A DNA stretch of 64,000 nucleotides from Leptogorgia sarmentosa (Eukaryota): positions 21,886,001 through 21,950,000 of the forward strand of contig OZ210885.1 of the NCBI GenBank assembly GCA_964658305.1, given 5' to 3'. Each line of letters begins with the position of its first letter. The stretch's first letter is position 1. Shown here piece after piece: positions 61,718 to 64,000 of the stretch. Made by a program: the position numbers and the translations under genes. The notes under the pieces are model-generated. The model saw only the letters and a program-made list of their open reading frames with translations. It made no database searches and was not told where the DNA came from.

Positions 61718-63334
61718 ATCTGCAATATGATCGAAGTCGAAACTCGAAGATTATATATTGTTTTTAATTTTTACCCAGCTAAAGTCAGTAATCACGCCAA
61801 AACAGGAAATGACATCACGCAATCGAGCGCAATTGTTGTCCACCCTACCCCACACAGTGCATTTTTGTATGCGCGAGGCGATATGCGCAGACCGTTGACG
61901 GTTGTCGATTTTTGGCAGGCAACCACAGCGACTTTTAAAAGCTCGCATTACCCCTATGTTCCCTCATTATCCCCAATCAGGATCACTCTAGTCCCTTGTT
62001 ACCCCCTCTTATTCGACCAAAACATGGAAATGGAGTTATTTACGTGGATTCTTGCCGTTTAGACGTAAGTTTGCCGTTTAAATTTCACATGGTTGCCTGC
62101 GGAGGAGGCTAAGATTAGAGAGCAGCTAATTAAATTATTCTTAAAGGAAGTTGACAGAGAGTGCAGCAATATGTGCTCAGTAAAAAACCCCAGCCTGCTG
62201 AGGAAAACATCCAAAAAGGATATTTTAAATTTTTCACTGAGTAAGTTTGATGAGGAGGCAAAACAACGTATACCACTTCTGAGTTTTTTTAATCATTTTA
62301 ATCTTTAGTCTTGATTAATATAATATGAGTAATATTGTGGATATCTGGTTATAGCCAAGGCCAAGCTTTGTGGACAAAACTCAAAAGCTTGTTGTAAAAA
62401 AGCTCAGTCTCAGCTCTGAATTGGCGTCAGATCTGTCTCAGAGTCAGAGTCACAGGGATTGGCCTCCATATTTGTCTCAGAGTCAACATTGCCCTTTGAA
62501 ACATACAATTTTAATATTTAATTTGCAGGGGGTTTTTTAAATACACACAAAAACACATACTTAATTTTAACATCTACATAATCACCTCATCCAGAATTAA
62601 GAGTAAAAAAGGGCAAAATTTGATCAAAACAAAACATTTTTACATTATGTTAAATAATGTATTTTGTGATTCTCTGTTCTTCTGCAATATGTGATTGCCC
62701 CAGAAATGCCAGACACACACCTGCTCACAGGCATGGGGAAGGCTAATTGATCATAATAAAAAAGATGCTGGATGTACAAATTTTGCCATGGTCTGAATTG
62801 GTTAGAAAGGCAAGTGGATGTCTTTTGAAGAACATAAGGCAGGAGGTTAATTTCTTTTTTGTGCTGAAATTTTTCATCATTAGGCAAATTCGTCTCATTT
62901 TTATTCATTCATTTACTCCTGATGCTCACAATGCATTCTTGTAAAATGTTCATGCCGCTTTCTTTTTTGTTACAGTCAATTAATGCATTCTGCTTGGTGG
63001 CTCCTGACCAAAGTGACTGGAATAGAAGAATCACAATGGATGCAAAGAACTCTTGGGGTATCGTCAAACACCTGGATAATAACATGAGAATATGGTACTT
63101 CTATTCACTATCCTAAAAATACAACACCCCAGACTACTGTATTTTGCACCCCCTTTCACGAAAAAAATGCACCCTGTACTCGTACTAATCGTACTGCTCT
63201 AAACACTATCAGAGTGCATCAAAATTTCACTCCCCAGCCATCTCCACTGAACACATGTTAAAATTTGCAGTAAATACCAACTAATATCCAACAATTACAA
63301 TAGTATTGAACTAACATATTCTCTCTTATACATT

Positions 63335-63596
63335 TCAGGACCTTGAGAGGGGGGTTATTGATGAGGGGGGGCTTAATTGAGAGGGGGTGGGCTTATTTAG
63401 TTATCCTTTAAATCAGCAATAGAGATTATCTCTTTGAATGGTAATAAACTCAAAATCATTACACAGGTCACTATATAACAAATACATATTAACACTAGGG
63501 GGGAGGGAGAGTGTTAGAGAGAGGGGGATTATTAGAGAGGGGGGCTTATTTCATTTTTCCACTCAAAAGGGGGGGCTAAATAGAAAGAATACGGTA
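63335..63596. repeat. MITE remnant with gagagggggg(c)ttatt subterminal repeats, ending aatacggta
   Basis: Repeated G-rich motif and a pogo/Tc1-like end (cggta). Confidence 0.55.
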
Positions 63597-63724
63597 TTGT
63601 GACTAAAATCAAAACCCTTTCAGTGCTGTAGGAAGCAGTTTACTATAAATTGGGACCTATTAGCTAGCTAGCTGAAAGCACTTTACACAATATTATCCCC
63701 CCTGTACATACTATGCTGTGTTTT

Positions 63725-64000
63725 ACCTCTGCACCTAGCTCACTTGTAGTAGTTTCTTCTGGAGATGTGTCCAGATCCATTTGTAGAGGATGGATGTACA
63801 ATAATGCTTGAGCAATGCCACAAACATCCTGCAAGTACTTCACTGTATAACCAGAAGGTGGCAGAGGAACTAACACAAATCCATTACCAGAGGAGCCATG
63901 TCTTAGCGGTTCAAATCCCCCTCCGCATATGAGTTTGGGGAAAGTTTCTTCCAATTTTTTTTTAAGTTCCACTGGGTTGGCATTCACATCAAACTTGATT
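63725..64000 (-). pseudogene. Exon of a transposon-associated protein of the kind usually found upstream of G2E3-like HECT domains
   Basis: LEETFPKL..GGGFEPLR..PPSGYTVKYL..QALLYIHPLQMDLD, followed by a GT donor at about 63725. Assignment is from recalled motif similarity only. Confidence 0.45.

Larger units (their letters stand above)
51236..62111. mobile_element. Full-length AcademH DNA transposon (10,876 bp)
   Basis: 47-bp TIRs (51236-51282 and 62065-62111, 3 mismatches, TAG...CTA). Perfect 9-bp TSD agattagag at 51227-51235 and 62112-62120. Convergent transposase and RecQ helicase genes. Confidence 0.95.
50398..62290 (+). pseudogene. Outer AcademH-like transposase N-terminal ORF (50398-51235 + 62121-about 62290), split by the inner AcademH insertion
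   Basis: Removing the insertion and one TSD restores the frame: ..TQIARAAWCNSKIREQLIKLFLKEVDRECSNMCSVKNPSLLRKTSKKDILNFSL. It has an N-terminal CxxC..CxxC and PVQP repeats. Family assignment is from the recalled EC..LCS...PS.LR motif. Confidence 0.7.

Overview
Eukaryotic, AT-rich animal DNA with spliceosomal GT-AG introns. Repeat families suggest a marine invertebrate, probably a cnidarian (inference). The window is almost entirely nested, mostly decayed transposable elements, and I see no clear host housekeeping gene, RNA gene or CRISPR array. From left to right: an IS3EU-type integrase element abutting a MULE transposase remnant; a lone AcademH-type terminal repeat; a deleted tyrosine-recombinase (PAT/Ngaro-type) retroelement with split direct repeats and an internal 121-bp hairpin satellite; a hAT element inside a Gypsy integrase; a RecQ remnant; a BEL/Pao element; alpha-kinase and P2X7-like remnants; a Gypsy element; an AcademX (transposase-XPG) element with an inverted partial second copy; a Sola3 element containing a LINE; a Helitron-like remnant with a 2A motif and a herpes-type deubiquitinase; an unclassified transposase-like gene; and a Ser/Thr kinase remnant. 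The best-preserved element is a full-length 10.9-kb AcademH (51236-62111; 47-bp TIRs, 9-bp TSD, intact RecQ helicase). Its transposase carries ankyrin repeats inside the catalytic region, and it is inserted into another AcademH-like ORF whose frame is restored when the insertion is removed. Family assignments come from motif recall, not database searches.
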